From the NCBI GenBank assembly GCA_037379345.1, contig CM074518.1, positions 26,412,001 through 26,476,000 on the forward strand: 64,000 bases of DNA, read 5' to 3'. The notes under the pieces are model-generated. The model was not told the origin of the DNA. It saw only the letters and a list, made by a program, of their open reading frames with translations, and did no database searches. Positions 1-14,300 of the stretch are shown piece by piece. Both the position numbers and the translations under genes were made by a program. Each line of letters opens with the position of its first letter. The stretch's first letter is position 1. Origin of the DNA: Perna viridis (lineage: Eukaryota).

Positions 1-2180
1 AAGATCACAGTACATGTTGAGATTTTTCTATAAATACATGTTTAGACAGTAATTAGCTGAAATATGAATCAATGACAAAACATAGAAGTATCTTCATCTG
101 ATATTTAAAGGACTACAATTGTAATTGATTTTTTTAAATGTTAGAAATAAAAATGACATTTAGATGTCTATACTATAGTCAAACTGTTATGTTGTCATAT
201 AATGTCAGTTGCTAAAAAGTTCTTAGAAGTAATTCAGAAAATTATTTCCTTCTAGTATTTAATTTTATGGATATTCAGTACGTTTTTTCTTTGATCTTGT
301 TGACCAATTTCTCTTTGTCTCTCGTACATGACAAAATATCTGTCAAAATATTTTTTGAGTGATTGTGAAGTGTCTCAGGGTGCACTATGCATTTACATTT
401 AGGTGCACTATTTCGCACACCAAGTTGACCCGGTCAAATTTTGTAAAACTTTAAGTTTAAAGTTGAAATTTGTTGCATATATTGTTCAAATGTAGTTAAG
501 CATTTATACATGTACATTGACAGTTGTAATATATGTAATGGTAAACAGGTGTAATTTAAATGAAGAATTGTATCCATGACGTTTCAGTCCCCTGCCATAT
601 TAGGTTCTCTCTTCAGCATCAGATGGCTAATTTTCCAAATACCTTATTTTGCATGAACTTTTGGAACTAAAATTGCGAGAGAATGGATAAAAAAAAAGGT
701 GTTATTATTATTATTACCCTTTTCCCAACTACCCAATGCATGTTTTCATTCTGTGTTAATGTCTAAGTGCCTGATATTTTATAAAACATTTGGCTGTTAA
801 TTGTGGAAAGGCATCCATGATTTGTACTAAAACTTAGCAAAATTTTTTCAGTATGTCACCTTGGCTATTGGATTTTATAACAATAATCACTAAATTACTT
901 ATAAATGACTTGAACCTCCACACACCAAGGATTACAAACATATGTACTTTTTTATGATAAAACAACTGATATTTCTGTGCAGACTGCCTCAAAAAAGCTT
1001 TATTTCAACAAAATGAGACCAAATTTTCAGAATTGACCTAACCATAGAGTACTACCTCAGTCATCTTCTGTTCAGAGTTTTTAAGTTTTGAAAGAAAATG
1101 ATGTCAAGAGCTAATATTATGTAGTAACACTACTAGATTATTCATGTAACACCAAAAACAAATGCAATCTCAAAAATAAATGTACATTACCCTTTCCTTC
1201 ATGGGATTTGGCTGATGTGTAATTTTTTTGCACATAATTCCTACCAAAAATTCAAAATGTTCTAGATGTTTCAAATTTAGTCCAACAAAGCTTAAACTTG
1301 GCAGAAGTATTAAATGGCAAAGTGTTTCAGAAAACAGGTTGCAGAGACTGCTTCATGTTTAATGGAGACAGTTGGGGCCTCAAAGGGGCAGAAAAATGCA
1401 TTTTTGGACAATTTTTTTTACTAAAAATTGGCTCTAAAAACTTTTAAGAAATCAGTATTAAATGGAAGAGTCAGAAACTTGGTAAATCCATAAAACATAG
1501 CATTTGAAAGTATCTTTAGGCTATTTGACAAAGCCGAAAGGTATCCAGATTTTCCTGTCAGCAACCCCTGAACAGATGGGGCACATCTTCCCTCCAGGAC
1601 CTCTTCTTGATTTCTTTTTGGTCCCCAACCACACTGAAAAAAAATGGTCATTTTTTTCTGTAAGCCTTTCAAGTCAAATTGTCCTAAGAAGTGCAGAGAA
1701 ATCCATGATAAAAGCCTTCTGCAAGCCCAAGAAAAAATTATGAAGGAAATGGTTAAAATTAATAAAATGCCAAAATCAGTTTGATAAATGGAATAATTTA
1801 TTTTCAATTTTGATCCTGACAATCTCATGTGGAATAACTCAACTCGCGCTCATTGAGATATTCCACATACATGTAAATATTGTTAGTATCAATATTGAAT
1901 ATAAATGTCAGTCTGTAGATTATCGTAATATATGAATCAACACCTGATTTGGTCGAGGTTTGTTACCTTTGTCTTGATGGATAACCTGGGTATCCAATGG
2001 TTGTCAGTTTAAAAGTTTATGAATGCCTCGGTAACTCATTATTAAACGTATTGTTATTTTGTAGAAAAGTACCATTATTATTCTGTATTAGCCTTACAAT
2101 AGTAGAGATATTCAATACTGATTTTGTCAAAGTTGTGATACATTTTATTTAATATGTTTCCATAATTTTTATTCTTATAG

Positions 2181-2277
2181 CTGATGCAGTCAATTACAAA
2201 GTCCAGTGTATCACAGAATGTTGTAATAGCTATGTCTGGCATTGCCAAAGTTTTTGTTGGAGAAGTTGTTGAAGAAG
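2181..2277 (+). CDS. TAF11: TAF11 penultimate coding exon
   Basis: cttatag|CTGATG...GAAGAAG|gtaaaa; 97 bp. Confidence 0.93.
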
Positions 2278-3530
2278 GTAAAAAATAGTATTTCACACTT
2301 GCGTGTACATGTACATATTGAAAATACAAATGTACCTCAGTCTCGGCAAAGTTGTTTTAAAACTTGCTGGCATGAACTCCATTTCCACACAATGCCTTTC
2401 TTTATAACAAAAACATATGGGCTAATTCTCTCTGGACCAAATCAAGTTTTGCTGGCTTTGTCGTACAGTCCTGTATGATTCATCATCACTTAGGTTTGTT
2501 GGATTATATATACATGTGTATAGATATATTATAGATTAGATCTCATTTTAAAAAGGAAACAGGTTAGATTAAAAAAAAATCCTCAAAAAATTTTCCTCAA
2601 CTGAAATTCTAGCAATCAAGTTACTTAATATTGAACATTTTTAATAGATTTTTTTTAAACCAGCTAAGCTCTGGTTTCATAAAAAATTATCTGAATGAAA
2701 AAAAAATCCTTCATTAATGAAAAATTCCTGGAATCAGATTGCTTTAAATAGAAAATTTGAGGGAATCACAATTTTGGAATTTTTATGAAATTAAGCCCAG
2801 TATCATTAGTTTGAATTCAGATCAATTTAGAATTAAAGTAAGTCCTCACAATGTCCATTGTCACTTTCAAAGGAGATAATTTACTATAATCTGTAATAGA
2901 ACATTAATAATTTATATTCATATGAATCATATCATATTTTTTTCAAAAATCATGAAATTTAGCACACTGTGAAAATAGCCAGCTGTAGATTTTATTAGTA
3001 ATCTGTACTTTTTTCCTTGGATCTTGTTGACAAATATTTTTCTATCGATTGTACTTGACAAGATATTTGTATACATCCATCAGAACATTGGGAGTGATTA
3101 TAATGTCACACACCAACAGTTTGTAGTTCCATTACTCAATTTTGTTTCTAAATGTACATCAAAATAATCAAGCATGCAATAATTATATTAACGATGAACA
3201 GAATAATAGTTACTTTCTATTTTGAAACTGACAATATCATGTGGAACATCTCAACACCGAGTTATACCAAATTATATTGCTAGAATCAAAATTGAAAGTA
3301 ACTGTTATTCTATATCCATCATTGCAAAAATAAAATCAAAAGAATAAATACTGTACTTTTCACGCTGAAAAAATTTTGTATTTGATTTTTTTTCAGCACT
3401 AGATATAATGGAACAATGGAAAGATACTGGACCGATCCATCCCAAACATTTACGTGAAGCTGTGAGGAGACTGAAAAGGAAGAACCATCCTCCCAATACA
3501 AAAACTAAAAAAGTCATGTTTAACACTTAA
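2181..3530 (+). CDS. TAF11: TFIID subunit TAF11, last two coding exons (2181-2277, 3397-3530); upstream exons not found, probably outside the window
   Basis: Spliced translation is [32 protein letters not shown]|[44 protein letters not shown]. This matches the TAF11 histone-fold C-terminus ([27 protein letters not shown]...[12 protein letters not shown]). Canonical AG/GT sites with a phase-1 junction. Confidence 0.95.
3397..3530 (+). CDS. TAF11: TAF11 terminal coding exon
   Basis: tttcag|CACTAGAT...ACTTAA, ending in the stop codon; 134 bp. Confidence 0.93.
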
Positions 3531-4130
3531 AACTTCAAAAAGAGTGGTATGATACATTGAAACATTATGACCAAGGGCTGAAAGGGTGTCCTATTATCTG
3601 AACCCCTGTATTTAAAGCCTTCTAAAGAAAAACTTGCATCAGAAGTTCCAGAAAATGTCTCTGACAAAGAATTATCTGGAAACAGTAGATCTGAATGTGT
3701 CAGTCACTAAAGAAATGCTGCAGCTGTGTGATTAATTGTTATGAGTCTATTATGTACATCTGTTGTTGTTAGTAATGAAAAAAAATATTAAATCTATTTA
3801 GTGACTCACATTAGTTATTATTAAAGAAGATACTGTGTTACTCTATGAAATAACCTTGCAATACTGTCTCTAGTTCATTTACATTAAATTTAGTATCAGG
3901 CTACATGTAAATGTGTATGTGTTTAAAGTCCTATAACTCTTAAACAAAAAATTAAAATTTGGGTGCCACCATAACAACATTGTACTAAAACGTTTAATAT
4001 ATAGAGAAGCATTTTTGAGTAATTCTGGGCAGAAAATTGTGTGCTTAGATACATCCATCATTAAAATAAAGTTCATCATTAGACAACAATACATTGGTTT
4101 ACTTATAAGCAATATGCAACATAACATCAA

Positions 4131-4440
4131 ATGAGTTGTCACCATCTTTGTTTACTCGACTAGCTGTCCTACCCTACACTGTTCTATTGAATGAGTCGTC
4201 ACCATCTTTGTTTACTTGACTAGCTGTCATACCCTACACTTAGAATTGTTCTATTGAATGAGTCCTCACCATCTTTGTTTACTTGACTAGCTGTCATACC
4301 CTACACTGTTCTATTGAATGAGTCCTCACCATCTTTGTTTACTTGACTAGCTGTCATACCCTACACTGTTCTATTGAATGAGTCCTCACCATCTTTGTTT
4401 ACTTGACTAGCTGTCATACCCTACACTGTTCTATTGAATG
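4131..4440. repeat. 60-bp minisatellite, 5 copies
   Basis: Unit atgagtcctcaccatctttgtttacttgactagctgtcataccctacactgttctattga starts at 4131, 4191, 4258, 4318 and 4378. Copy 2 has a 7-bp insertion. No spacers. Confidence 0.95.
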
Positions 4441-4925
4441 GCCAGATAATCTGATATCTGTTACTTACAAAAACTCATAAAGTAATGGAGTGGTACCAAA
4501 AACAATGGCATAGAATTATACTTGAACAATTCAACTGTGGGAATGAAAGTTTGATTTATGTTGATATTCTGAAAAAAAGGACACCCGAAAATGTCAGGTG
4601 CTTTGGTTAAGGCAAGTTTCACTGTACCTATAGGCAATAAAATATCATAGTTGGTAACAAATAATTATTCCCTTGCTCCTTAGGAGGGGTTGTATACTGT
4701 TTTACCCTTGTCTGTGTTTCTGTAACAATTTTTCTCAACAACTCATCACAGTAGCAAAAATTTTAACTCATACTTCCTGTAGGTGTGCCATATGGTGGGA
4801 TTAATTTTTTGGGACAATTTTACAGTAACTTCCTGTTTACAGAGAACTTTGTTTTCCTTATGTTGTGATTAAAAGCAAGGGTATCATCACCAACTTAGTG
4901 TAATTGATAACTCAATGCATATTAA

Positions 4926-5324
4926 GAGGCAGTCAATGTAAAATTCAGGCAAATCCTATATGATATGGGTGGCACAACATAATTTTTTTCTAACTGAATT
5001 TTTTGTTCCATTGTAATGTTAATATCATATGTATGTCACATAGTTTAAAATATTCTTTATTCAACAGTGAATGGCTTTGAATATAATTTTAAGGTTCGTT
5101 AACAAAGCAACCAAATTATGCACAAATTATCTCCCTTTTTCAATGAATTTTAATGCCATTTAAGTAATTTAATTCTCTTTTAATCTTTGTAGATAATAAA
5201 AAAACCAACATTCAACTTTAAGAGAGGACGCATTTGTAAAATATAATAAAATATATGAATTTTTTTTTTTAAACAAAAGTTGTCATGTGCCATCCACTGC
5301 CTGTTTTTTTGCATAGACACCCTC
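4926..5324. mobile_element. Non-autonomous TIR element flanked by TTAA (Kolobok-like)
   Basis: TTAA|gaggcagtcaatgtaaaattcaggca ... tgcctgttttttt(t)gcatagacaccctc|TTAA; imperfect TIRs. Confidence 0.55.
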
Positions 5325-5969
5325 TTAAAGATTCCTAAATCATTTTAGACAGTTATATGGACAGTAGGCATGGTACCCATTTTGTGTAATCTATAACTCA
5401 AAAAGTATTTAACAAATATTATTCATACATTGCACAGTTTTGATTTACATATTGAGGCTGTGCTACTCTATAAATTTTGAGAATTTGAAAAAATTCAAAA
5501 ATCAGAAAATGAACAATAATTTTTCGGTAAAATCAGTAAAATAAACAGCTGAACTTGTCACATGTTATTTTGTGAATAAAACACAATAACTCAGAAAACA
5601 ACCAAACACTGAAAAAGAAACCTTCTATGAAAAATATACTTAAATTACCTCATAGTTTTGAGTTATTGCTGGACATGAAATATGGACAATCAGACAGCAG
5701 TATAAAAACCAAGCAAAATCTGTCTCAAATAGCATTTTATGTAACAATGAACTTTACTGAACTTTTTATGATTGATCTAGTGATGACAGAATTTCATTCC
5801 AAATTACTATAATCAGCATATATCATGCATCTTGATAGGTTGTTCAAAGTCCACAGCCACAGTAATGATAGTTTCTACAGGTGTGTAAATTCCATGTACA
5901 CATGATAAAAAAACATGGCAACCATTGCTTCAACAAAAGATATTAAAACTCTATTATCTGCTTTATACT

Positions 5970-6145
5970 TTTTATGAGCAACTCCGCAGATGTTTCTATA
6001 AAAGCAGAGGACACTTACCCTACTGATGCACCTGGTCCATGCTCCAAGTTTTTAGCTTTTGAGTTGCTCATTTACTTTTGTTACTTTGTACATATTATTT
6101 TGGTTATATTACACTAGAATATTGATTCCCTTGATTACTCTTCCA
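5970..6145 (+). mobile_element. Penelope-like element 3' UTR fragment
   Basis: atgagcaactcc...gagttgctcatttacttttgttactttg, same family as the copy at 42919-43160. Confidence 0.75.
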
Positions 6146-6504
6146 TTCATTCTATATTCAAAACAACAACTTTAAAAGAATATGGTTATCATTATCCCCT
6201 ATTTAATTGACGACCATTGTCATGTTGTTGGCTGTATGATACTGTCATTTGCAATGGGAAGAGGTTAAAATAAGTGATTATTACCAGAAATACATAACGA
6301 ATGATAGATGTGATTGTGTTTAGACCTTATATGATATTTGAATAAAGATGATTGGTCAGGACTCTTGAAAGATAGTATCATTATCAGAAATAGACAACAC
6401 TAAGCATATAATACAGTAAAAACATAGATTCTCATTTAAAATACTTTTAATATTGCACATATCGTCACTTATTAATCTCAAGGTACTTTGTGAAGAAAAT
6501 ACAA

Positions 6505-6507
<3 letters not shown>

Positions 6508-6556
<49 letters not shown>
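6508..6556. repeat. (TA)n microsatellite
   Basis: Direct read. Confidence 0.95.
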
Positions 6557-6561
<5 letters not shown>

Positions 6562-6939
6562 ATTCACAAAAATATGGACAATTTGATTATTATAGTAATA
6601 CATAATGACTGCAGGATTCAAATATTTGTTCCTATACATTCAACCAGATTGGACTATGCAACAATTCTCAAGAATGTATTACATTCTAAAACTAGAATGT
6701 ATCCTGTTTATAATGAAGTAGGGACTAGAAATTAGAAATCAACTTTCCTTCAATCCTTTCATCCAAAATAGGTTACAGCTAGTGTTGTTCAATAGGTAAA
6801 AAATATCAACCTATTATATTTTACTTTAAGTTTATGGTAAATGACCAATTATTGATTGTAATCGGTCGATCTAAATGCCATGCTAAAAAAGATCACAATT
6901 TTGCATAACAATGATAACTGTAATACAGTATTAAAACAG

Positions 6940-7216
6940 TACACAGCCTAATGTGCAACATATGATAATCATATGGTGCTCGATTCATATGATAATCTTA
7001 TGGTAATCATATGACAATCATATGATATTTAACATATAATAGTCATATGATTATCATATGATTCTCATATGTTAATTTTGGCTTGAAAACATATGATAAT
7101 CATGCGATTATCATATGTAAACTAAAAAATATGATTGTCATATGGTGTTCGATTTATATGATAATCATATGATGCAAACCATATGATTCTCATGTGCGGC
7201 AAAATTGCCTGTGTAT
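6940..7216. repeat. MITE-like element with internal CATATGAT-type repeats
   Basis: Inverted ends tacacagc...gcctgtgta enclose many catatgat(aa)t units. Confidence 0.55.
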
Positions 7217-7274
7217 AAAGTTTCTTTTTCATCTTCACATACTTTTGTACAACAGTTATATACTATAAATAGGA

Positions 7275-7605
7275 TAATTAAATGGAGAGTGAATAACCAA
7301 AATATAATTACGAGTGTTGAAGTATGCCTAGATTTGAAGAGCTCAAGGGTTCTTGGTAAATGTGATCATATTTTGTATTCATGATAACCAATTGATTATC
7401 CTATTTATTATATAGATTTCCTCTATTATTTGTTGCTATTTTCAACTTAAGTTTCGAAATTTGTAAATGGCAGATTGATATTCGTGTTTTGACATTTTGG
7501 CGGGAGAAAGCCTGAGATTGAAATTACAAAATGTATTACACGGTGTGAATGATCAAAATGTTTTAAACAGGGAACATTCTGTAAATCACTGTTATCTATA
7601 TAATA
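7275..7605. repeat. Interspersed repeat of about 330 bp; other copies at about 15210-15577 and 16395-16775
   Basis: Shared blocks ataattaaatgga..gagtgaataaccaaaat / gattgatattc..ttttggcgggagaaa / gggaacatt..atcactg.tat.tatataataa, all in the same orientation. Confidence 0.75.
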
Positions 7606-8256
7606 ATTATTACTAACACTCTACTATATAATTATTGTTTTAATATCTCATTTGAAGTGAAACACTGACAATGGAGTAGAAATGATGAAAATTGTCCTCA
7701 TTAATGATCTATGACTAAAGTTTTCATGTTTACAAAGGGAAAAAAATCCCCAAAACTAATATAAAAGTGACTAATAATTTTAACAGATAACCGAAAATTG
7801 AAAATCTCCTTTGATTAATCTTATCTAGAAATTTTGCCTTCAGGAATCTTATAATGGATGCTTAGAATTCATTTTTCATTCCATATAAAAAATTCAGGAC
7901 AATGTAAATTTTTTTTCAGGCAAAAAGAATTTTTACCAACAAGCAGTTTCCCAACAGGACAAGTTAAAATGAATTCAGACTTACAATTGATATGTATCTG
8001 ATGCAACTTTCAAATTTGAGGGAAAAAAACACACATATAATAAAAAAAATATCACAGTTACTTTTTAACTTCTTAATATCAGGAAATAAACACTACCAGC
8101 ACATATTCAGCTTCAATAAAATCAAAATTAGAATATTTTTACTACTATACACATGCACTAAAATTTGGTTCGCATAAGTCAACATATGTCAGAAAGTGTC
8201 AATTTTAAAATCACAGAATAGGCAGACTTGGCACAGATGGAATGTATATTCTACCA

Positions 8257-8318
8257 TCAGTCATTTTCCAGTGCTGTGTTGAACAATAAGGTCTCCAACC
8301 CTGTTCCTGATATAATAC
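8257..8318 (-). CDS. CLN3: CLN3-like terminal exon (G)IISGTGLETLLFNTALEND*
   Basis: Phase-1 acceptor ttttag; TGA at 8257-8259. Confidence 0.85.
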
Positions 8319-11300
8319 CTAAAAATAGAAAACAAAATAACTGAATAAAATAAAATTGTATAAGCGATCAAAGATTTAAAAATTCTGGCATGCAAAGTTC
8401 AGAAGAAATACATGTATTTCAAATATGCATTCTTTTAATGTGTTTAATATTGAAAGTACTGTTGTTCACAGAGTACCAAATTTCGTGGTTTTTGTGGGTT
8501 AGCCAGACAATGGAAATTTGTTCCCAGCAAAAAGGAGATTCACATTGATGTGTATACTGAAAACCTCAAAACAGCAAATTCAAGAAGCCACAAACTTGAG
8601 TATCTTCCCTAATCTACAGAAGTTGGTATCCATGAATTAAAGTACTTTCATCATAGTTCACTATGAATAAAAACTCCAATTCAAACTGCAATGTACATCC
8701 AATTCTTTTTCAAGTTATCAATTTTATACCTGATAATCTGCTGTTTGTTATATCTACATTAATATCTATTCAGTATTTGTCAACCCATCAAACCCCCAAA
8801 ATGCAGTGTGAAATTCAACAATATATGCCAAATTGTTTTACAAGTAAACTTACTGATGCAGTATATATGTAATATCAGAATAATTTTGAATGTATATTTT
8901 TTTAAAGGACTTAACATATCACTCACATGCAAATACAAGAAGTCATCAATTAAATCAACAACAAAAATTATGATTTTAACATTTTTGGAATTCCATCAGT
9001 TAATCATGGGAGTGAGAAAACTCCATTTGGTGAGATTAATAACCCTTAACTTTTCAATGTAAAATGTTCAAAAATACACATGAATAATGTAATGCCAATT
9101 ACTTTTTCTTTAAAAAAATGGCATATCCAAAGGGAGGTCCTTAGGCAACCCAGTCCTGCACCCCTTACCCTGAAAAGTTTGGTTAATAAGGAGGAAGTCA
9201 CAGAAAATTACAGGTGTTGGCCCTCTATTAGGCCACTTAGCCCCTCCCCCCTCTTTTTCAGAAATTAAGGATCTGCCACTGAAAAATTGAATAAGAGACT
9301 TCAAAAGTATACACAGAAGATATCTGCATTTCATTTTGAATTAACCTTCAGGTTTTATGTAAGTGAACTACTGTAATCATATTAAATTTCGTTGTTGCTA
9401 ATTTTCGCGGATTCTGTGAAAAGATAATATTTGTCGGTATCAATTTTTGCAGTTCCGCAAAATAATTATAATTATAAAGTATTAATAATTGATTTTGCAG
9501 GTACTGTTTTTCAAGCTTTTATGTCCCCTGCGAAAATTAGAACACAGCAAATATTAACACGTTTACAGGATAGGAATTTGCTAAGCTTCATTATGTTATA
9601 TCTCCAAGGTTATTTTGTACCCAGATGTTCGGAAAAGAAATTACATAACAGACTCTATTTCTTACCAACAGTAATAAACAAAGCTGCTATGTTGATACAC
9701 AATTCTCGGTCCTTTTCAGGATATTTATCATCATTGAGCAAAATGTAGAAAATGTTGACATAAGAGGCTCCACCTAGTAGCCCTACATATATCATCAAGG
9801 GAGGTAATAAATATACTGGAATGAATTTGATCTGAAAAAGATTGTAATAATTAAATAATTGAATAAATATCAGTTATTGTTAATATTGTATACATACAAA
9901 AAATAGTTAATCTTTGTTTTGAGTAGTGAGACTGAATTTTACAAATTATGGTCAGAATCATGATATCATTGCAAAACCTTTTACTTTTCATAATGTTAAA
10001 TTTTAGAGCATAACACACATTACTTCATATTTCATTTATTTTTCCCTGGTAAGTTTTATCTGCTACGAAAGACCATTATTTATGGGATACCCATTTTGTA
10101 TGTAGTTTTCATGATTAAGACAATTGCCAACAAAATGTAAAACTTTCATTGAAAACGAAATAAAAGTTTAGATATTTCAGCTAAGTCCAAAAATATTTGT
10201 GACTTAAGAAGATTTACAAGAGTAATATGCCTTCCAAGATAATGTTAACTTACATGTACATCAACAAGCCATAAAATCATGTTAATCAGTTGTAACACAG
10301 AAAGAATTTCTATTCTTTTAATGGTAAATAGCTGCACTGAAGATCTGGACACAAAAACTCCAGCCTAGAAAATAAAGTTCTCACATAATTATTTTTCACT
10401 AAATCATAAAATATTTATTTTGGGTAGAAATTTATTTTTACAAGAATGTTTCATTTTACTGAATGTTTCATTTTTGTTTCATCTGCATGTCAAATTGTTG
10501 ACCTTGCACACTTTCAATGGAGCATGCTCTTGACAAAAATGTGAAACTGGTCAACATTTCAACACATCAATTAAACATAAAAAATAAAAAATTCAATTTT
10601 TATAATTACATTTGACGTTTCTCTTATTTTATTTCATCTGTATCAAAGATCTCTGCTGGTGAACATCATTTCTGTTACATTTACATGTAATTTAATTTTA
10701 GAAATGCAATACACAATGATCAATGAAAGTAGTCCCTTAATTTTGGGGGTGGCCTTAATAACCAGAAATGTATTTCATCTATTCTTGACACATCATGTCT
10801 AATCCCAATTATTCAAAGAGATTAGAATGTTTCATTGATATGCATTGTCATTATCTGGCTTGAAAAGGATTCCTTGGTTTATAAAATTTCGTAAAAGTTT
10901 GAAACCATTGACAACCTTCCCTATGATTAAAATGGAATCACAAGATTTATAAATTGTGACATTTTTTTTTGATGTATGGTGCATACACGAGAGAAAACTG
11001 AATGATTCTTTCATCTATGTATTTTCTACTAATCTCTATAACAATTAATTCTTCAACAAATTTAATACTTTGTCAAGTGTTGTTTATATTTATAGTTTTT
11101 TTGCTGGTTGGACAGTATAGAATCAATACCTCCTACAAAGAAAAATGTAATGAAATCAAGTATTTTCCCCAGTTCAGCAGAGTTTACACATTTTGGTTCC
11201 ATTTTGCTACTAGATTTACATGTTAAGGAAGTTTACTGGTCTATACAAGAACAACAAGGATTTCATAGGGTAGTGAAATCTTTTAAAATCTTTTAGTGTA

Positions 11301-14300
11301 GGACAATATAAGTGGAGAACATAGCTGTGTCATTTCTCTAGATTTTCCATAGGTTTTATCTTAGCAGGTTTTACCTATTAAAATCACTGAAAAAATAACA
11401 AGGATATCACAAAAACTTCCCAAATAACATTTTAAGGCATGTTTAATGAAATTAAAAAAAGAAAAGTGGGCGTCAATAGGCAAAAAATATTAATGCTATG
11501 AAATGGATAACACCAGAGGAGACTGGAAATCTGACAAAAATGGTTGAACATGACCAGTGAACATCCTTAAGTGTGGATGAACTGTATTAAGTTTCTTTTT
11601 TTTTGGTCATGAAGACATATTTTTTGATATCCTGTAAAAAATTGGTTGAAAATTGTTTAAGTTTTTTTATGGATAAGTGTAGTATTTACCCCACTGAGAA
11701 TTCTATAGTATACCTGATAACAAAGAGACAGAGCTGCATACAGTTCTGGACATCCTGTGTTGTACTCTGCTTTAGGTCTAACTTTAGCTGCACTTCCCTG
11801 AGCTACATATTCAAACATATAAACAAGGCATAGCTGGAAGAGAAAATCAAGTTTCTCTATAATAGCAATTTTTTTATGATAAATACACTGTGAAAGTATC
11901 ATTCTTCATGGGGTACCAATATTCATGGTTTTCATGGGTTGGGTAAACAACAAAAATTGTTTCATAACGAAAAGGAAATTTCTCATACATTTATATGGTA
12001 CAGTTGTCAAATCCATGAAATCAAGAATCCACAAACTCATAATTTTTCCTAAACCACAAATATTGGTACCCAGGAATAAAAGTACTTTCACAGAAGTCAA
12101 TAACAGAAAAGTTGTTAGTGACTCAGTGAAAAATTCAAAGGAAACTTGGTTTGACACCAATATTTCAATTTGAGTCATGAAAATGGTTAAACATACAGCT
12201 GATATTCAGGATACCATATTGTTTTGGCCTTAGATAAGCAACAGGATTCAGCATGTTATAAACAATTTGAAAATGTTGCTGTTTACAGACTCAACAAATC
12301 AGAACATCTGAAACATGTATATACCTGAAAAGCAATTTTAAACTTACATTCACTGACACCCATAATATCAGTCTAAAACACCTCCATATTCTGCCTAGAG
12401 CTGTCTCTTTTGGCTGAGACTCCATAGCACTGGCTACAAAATAATAACTCTAATCTCAAGATGAGGTTGACAAAATACTATAGCTATATTTATTTTTCAG
12501 TATTCCTTAGTAATAATAATAATGACATTAATATAAGCATTTTATACAAGTTTGAAACACATTTATTCTTTTTTGAATGAAATGTTTTTGTCACTTGTTC
12601 TAAAATATTGCAGGGGTGTGGTGTGGTGGTCATTTAAAGGACAAGAATTTTTACTTAAAAGCCTTAAAATGTAAAATATCCTTATGACACCCTTTTGACA
12701 CATTTCTATTTTGTCCAAAGATTGACATATCTGCTCTGAGCTAACAGTACCAACCACAAACCACGAACATGTACCTCCTGTATAAGGTGTTTCTCTTATT
12801 TTTATTTTACACAGTGAATGTTCATCAATAATAAAATAACCACTAACCCTATCAAGTACAATATTAGAGCATCCAAAAAACAGGAGGTTTCTTTTTCATT
12901 TATAATTTTTCATTTGTTCATTAACTTTTATTTCAATCACAAGCACTATATCACACTGTGATATTTAAGCTCTCTCTACAGTAAAGAAGTAATTTTCAGG
13001 GTATACTCATTTTCTTTATAATTGTGATGGTCAAACAAAACTGTTTTTTTATACAATATGCAATGATAGTTTCTCCTCAGAACTGCAAAATTTGATACTC
13101 ACAAACAAGTTCTTTTACAATAATCATTAAAAATCAATACATTTACAGTACTGAGTGCAGTAATTTTTGTGAAGTGTAATTTTCTAGACTTGCTGGGTCC
13201 TGCATATTGTTCGGTTGTAAATTCCCTCAATAAAACATCTTAACATCTTAAACAAATTAAACAAAGAAATTATGGGATGGGGGTTATTCCTTGATATTTC
13301 ATTACTGTATTGAAAGTTATCCCAATGTAAAAATGCTTATATCTGATGTTTATTGCAAATGAGTCAAAAGCTTACCAGACACTTCATCAAGTTCCCCCTC
13401 AGAGCTGCCATAGAGGAGGGGTTCTTTTTCTCCCAGTAAGTCACTGTCCTTTACATCTATCAATTCTTCTTCACTTGGTCGTTTTATGATCCAGAAAAAT
13501 GCCAGCAGGTAAACCAGAACCACAGGTGATGTTAACAGGAATGCATATCTAAAAGTGATAAGATAAAGATTGATTGATTATTGTTTAACATCCTATGGCA
13601 GATATTTCATGTACTTCAGGATGAGAATGATTGACTATATGAAACAGACCCTGCTTTGTACTAAACCAACACCCTGAGCAGGATTTTAATTGTGCCAGCT
13701 CACAGAAGCAATAGCCAGCTCAGGTAGGCATGCCATCTGCCCTGGACACATCATTCTGATGCTGAGTCAGTTATCACTCTATCCCCTTAAATACCATGTG
13801 TCTGTGAGAGAAGCAATGACTACCAATTTTCAAGTCTTTGGTGTGACTAAACCAGGGATGAACACAAAACCTCCCACATTTGAGGTGATTACACTACCAT
13901 GAAACCAAAGAGGCATGGAACAAGACAAAGAAAAGAACAGAAAATTTATTTACAAAAATTGCATGATTAGAAAACTTAATACAATCCATAACTTATGGCT
14001 TTGAAGGAGACTGGGTTGTTCAATTATATTAGATAAATTTTCTGTGTTTTTCATATTGTTTGTTAATCAATTTTTTAATCTAAGGATTGTTTTCAACTGT
14101 TGGTTTGAATATTGGATACAAATGACTTTGGGTAGTTTACCCTGAAGAAACCATACTTGCCAACTTATCTGCAATTCATCCATTATTTTGTCAAAATTGT
14201 AAATCATGACATTTTTGCCATTTGATACAATTTGGGTGATGCAAAGCAATGGATCTTCTTTTTTTTATTTAATACATGATGTACTAGTGGTGAAGCTGAA

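Noticed and set aside
4131-4440. CRISPR-like regular repeat
   Set aside because: Units are contiguous with no unique spacers, the context is eukaryotic, and there are no cas genes.
10832-11014. Intronic ORF containing NFINQGILF...AYQ, resembling the CLN3 EYFINQGLF region (possible mutually exclusive exon)
   Set aside because: It ends in TGA rather than a donor, has no suitable phase-0 acceptor and lacks the TM helix; probably chance.
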